Below, one piece after another: positions 62,139 to 64,000 of a stretch of DNA of 64,000 bases (its first letter is position 1; every line of letters starts with the position of its first letter). The position numbers and the translations under genes are program-made. The DNA comes from Cystobasidiomycetes sp. EMM_F5 (Eukaryota), in assembly GCA_051047955.1 (NCBI GenBank), contig JBPGPT010000013.1, positions 62,001-126,000 on the forward strand. The letters run 5' to 3'. The notes beneath the pieces were generated by a model that searched no databases, was not told the origin of the DNA, and was given only the letters and a program-made list of their open reading frames with translations.

Positions 62139-64000
62139 TTACTCCCGTGAGAGGTGCGGCACCGGCAACGCTTCTACATCCGATATCTTCTTCTCCAAAG
62201 CCAGCAGCGGGAGTTGCTCGACATCCTGCCGCATCTTGGGCTTCCAGTCAACACTGAGCAGATCCTCAAGCTCCTGAAGATTACTGCCTTGGGATATGAG
62301 GAGATGCGACAATTGCCAGAACCGTCGGAGGTCCGTTTCGACCACTCCGCCAGCAGAGACTTCCAAGCCCTTTGCTCGTTCTGAAGCGACTTCGACTTCA
62401 CTCATTAGCTCTTCAACCCTGTCGTTGATCAAAGGTAGTCCGAGAGGCAGCGGCTGAAGTAACGCTAGAGCAGCACTATGACACCACAGAATAGCAGCTG
62501 TCGAGCTGGAGAACTTGGTGGCGCAGGCCGGAAACTGCGGCGAGATAACCGACCTTATCGGAATGCAGAATGGACCCATCGAGAGGATTCGAGCCCCGAT
62601 GTCGATGCCTGCTAGCACCCTCTGGCAGGCGGCAACTTGGCGAACAAAGCGCTTCGCGCTCCACCCATCGTGCGTGCCCCACTCGGCCTGCGCAGATCTG
62701 CAAGATCCCAAGTTAGCAAGAGATGTCTTCTCCGCGCACATAGAATTGACGTACTCGACATGGCCACCGAGAGCTAACAGGCGTTTCTCGGCTCCTGCGA
62801 TTTGAATACGCAAAGCAGAGCATGCTGTCAGCGCTGCTGCGCTTTCTTCCACGCTGTCGACCATGTATCTTCCGAAGAGCTCGCCAAAGTCGCTCTGTAT
62901 CTTGCAAACATCTCGCATGCTGTCTGCTAGATCCAAGCGCAGTACTTGTCGCGCATTTCTGCGGAGGACCAAGAACTGCAATGGAATCGCAATCCCGATC
63001 GCGATGCAGATGACAATGCAAGAGTTGCCTAGTCCTTCGGCCAAGCTGTATGGCGGATTGCTTTCTCGCAAGTGATACGCTTTATTGGCGTACGCTGCAA
63101 AAGCGAAACAGCCCAGAACACCCAGCATATCGTCCACTTCCCATGCTAGCCTCCATGAGAGACACAGTGTGTACAGTAACTGAAAGAAGATGACACCTGG
63201 ACTGAACAATAGGAAAGTCAGGCAAACATTCTCGCTTCGCGTGTATACAGGCTGCTTACATGCTTACGGTAGCACCTCCGACACCTCGCCAGACTAACAA
63301 TGTTACGAAGGCCCAAATGGCTCCCGAGAAGGTGCCCAGGAGTTCGGCTGTCCAAGCCAGCATGCTACCTCCCAAAGTAGGCATGAGAGCAAGTATGATA
63401 GGGACCGTAGCAGTCTGCACGTTCTTGTCCAAAAAGAAGCCTCGCGATGTGGGACTCCAGAGAATGGCTAGCATGGCGACGAGTGCCATTGTAATCTTCA
63501 GCGAGCTCATGGCTTCGTCGGTAGTGAGGATACGAAGAGCCTTCTGTGCGATAGAAGGAGCGGGTAGGAACGGATTATTAACCTCGGCAGAAGCCAAGAA
63601 ACGATTCCATCTTCGGAGCCTGCCAACATAGTCCGAGAGAGGTTCCATACTCTGTAGTACACGCAGCTGGAGTCCCTTGGGCTTGTGGGCAAATACCGTC
63701 ACCGACGCTGCCAGCGCATTGAGGCTTGTCGCAAGCGGACCTGCAAGCGAGATGCAGTGCGTCGCAATATGTACGTGACCGACGTCTGCGGGATTGCATT
63801 GACGTATGTTTACCAGAGATGCCAACATTTTCTCTGTAAGTCTCGCAGATGCGCTAGTAAATGCGAGCTGAGCAACACTTGCAGGGTCTTCACTGAGTTG
63901 CTTTTGGCCTTCTTGATGGTGAAAGCCGGCTCGAATGAGCTCTACGACCTCGCAGCAAGCTGTTCGATGACATTGATCAGCAATTGAACCGGAGCTTCTG
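62139..64000 (-). CDS. FUSC/ArAE-family multipass membrane protein (partial; 5' end beyond the window)
   Basis: SSLKITMALVAMLAILW...MPTLGGSMLAWTAELLGTFSGAIWA hydrophobic helices, then a TM cluster, RRNARQVLR and a helical C-terminal domain, as in FUSC_2/ArAE_2 proteins. Confidence 0.7.

Overview
Gene-dense, intron-rich fungal genomic DNA, most likely a basidiomycete (short ~55-70 nt introns, CTRAY branch points, roughly balanced GC; the taxonomic call is inference). I reconstructed about 30 protein-coding genes by hand-splicing. They include a Yox1-like homeobox gene, FBA1, a GFA-family protein, a divergent histone H3, CCT1/TCP1, Bqt4-like, MYND, histidine phosphatase, PX-PB1, CHS5 and F-box genes, a GPI cupredoxin, RPF2, a large-subunit catalase, a thioredoxin and a kinase. 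The rest are CMR1, a GH5 exoglucanase, a glutaredoxin-like protein, an aspartic protease, GCNA/SprT, CCA1, RFC2, an MDR reductase, Med9-like, CPD1, RAD7 and a partial FUSC/ArAE transporter. I recognised no tRNA, rRNA, transposon or CRISPR. The most notable observations are: (1) three tandem, intronless ~100-aa ORFs that each end in a C-x4-H-x12/16-C-x2-C motif; (2) a non-centromeric histone H3 variant with a rewritten tail and no K79; (3) a pepsin-type protease carrying a ~400-aa array of dibasic-delimited repeats; (4) a probable U2-type AT-AC intron; (5) a 2-nt microexon in FBA1; (6) a tail-anchored thioredoxin with an SHP-box-like motif. All gene boundaries come from manual splice inference, not transcript data.
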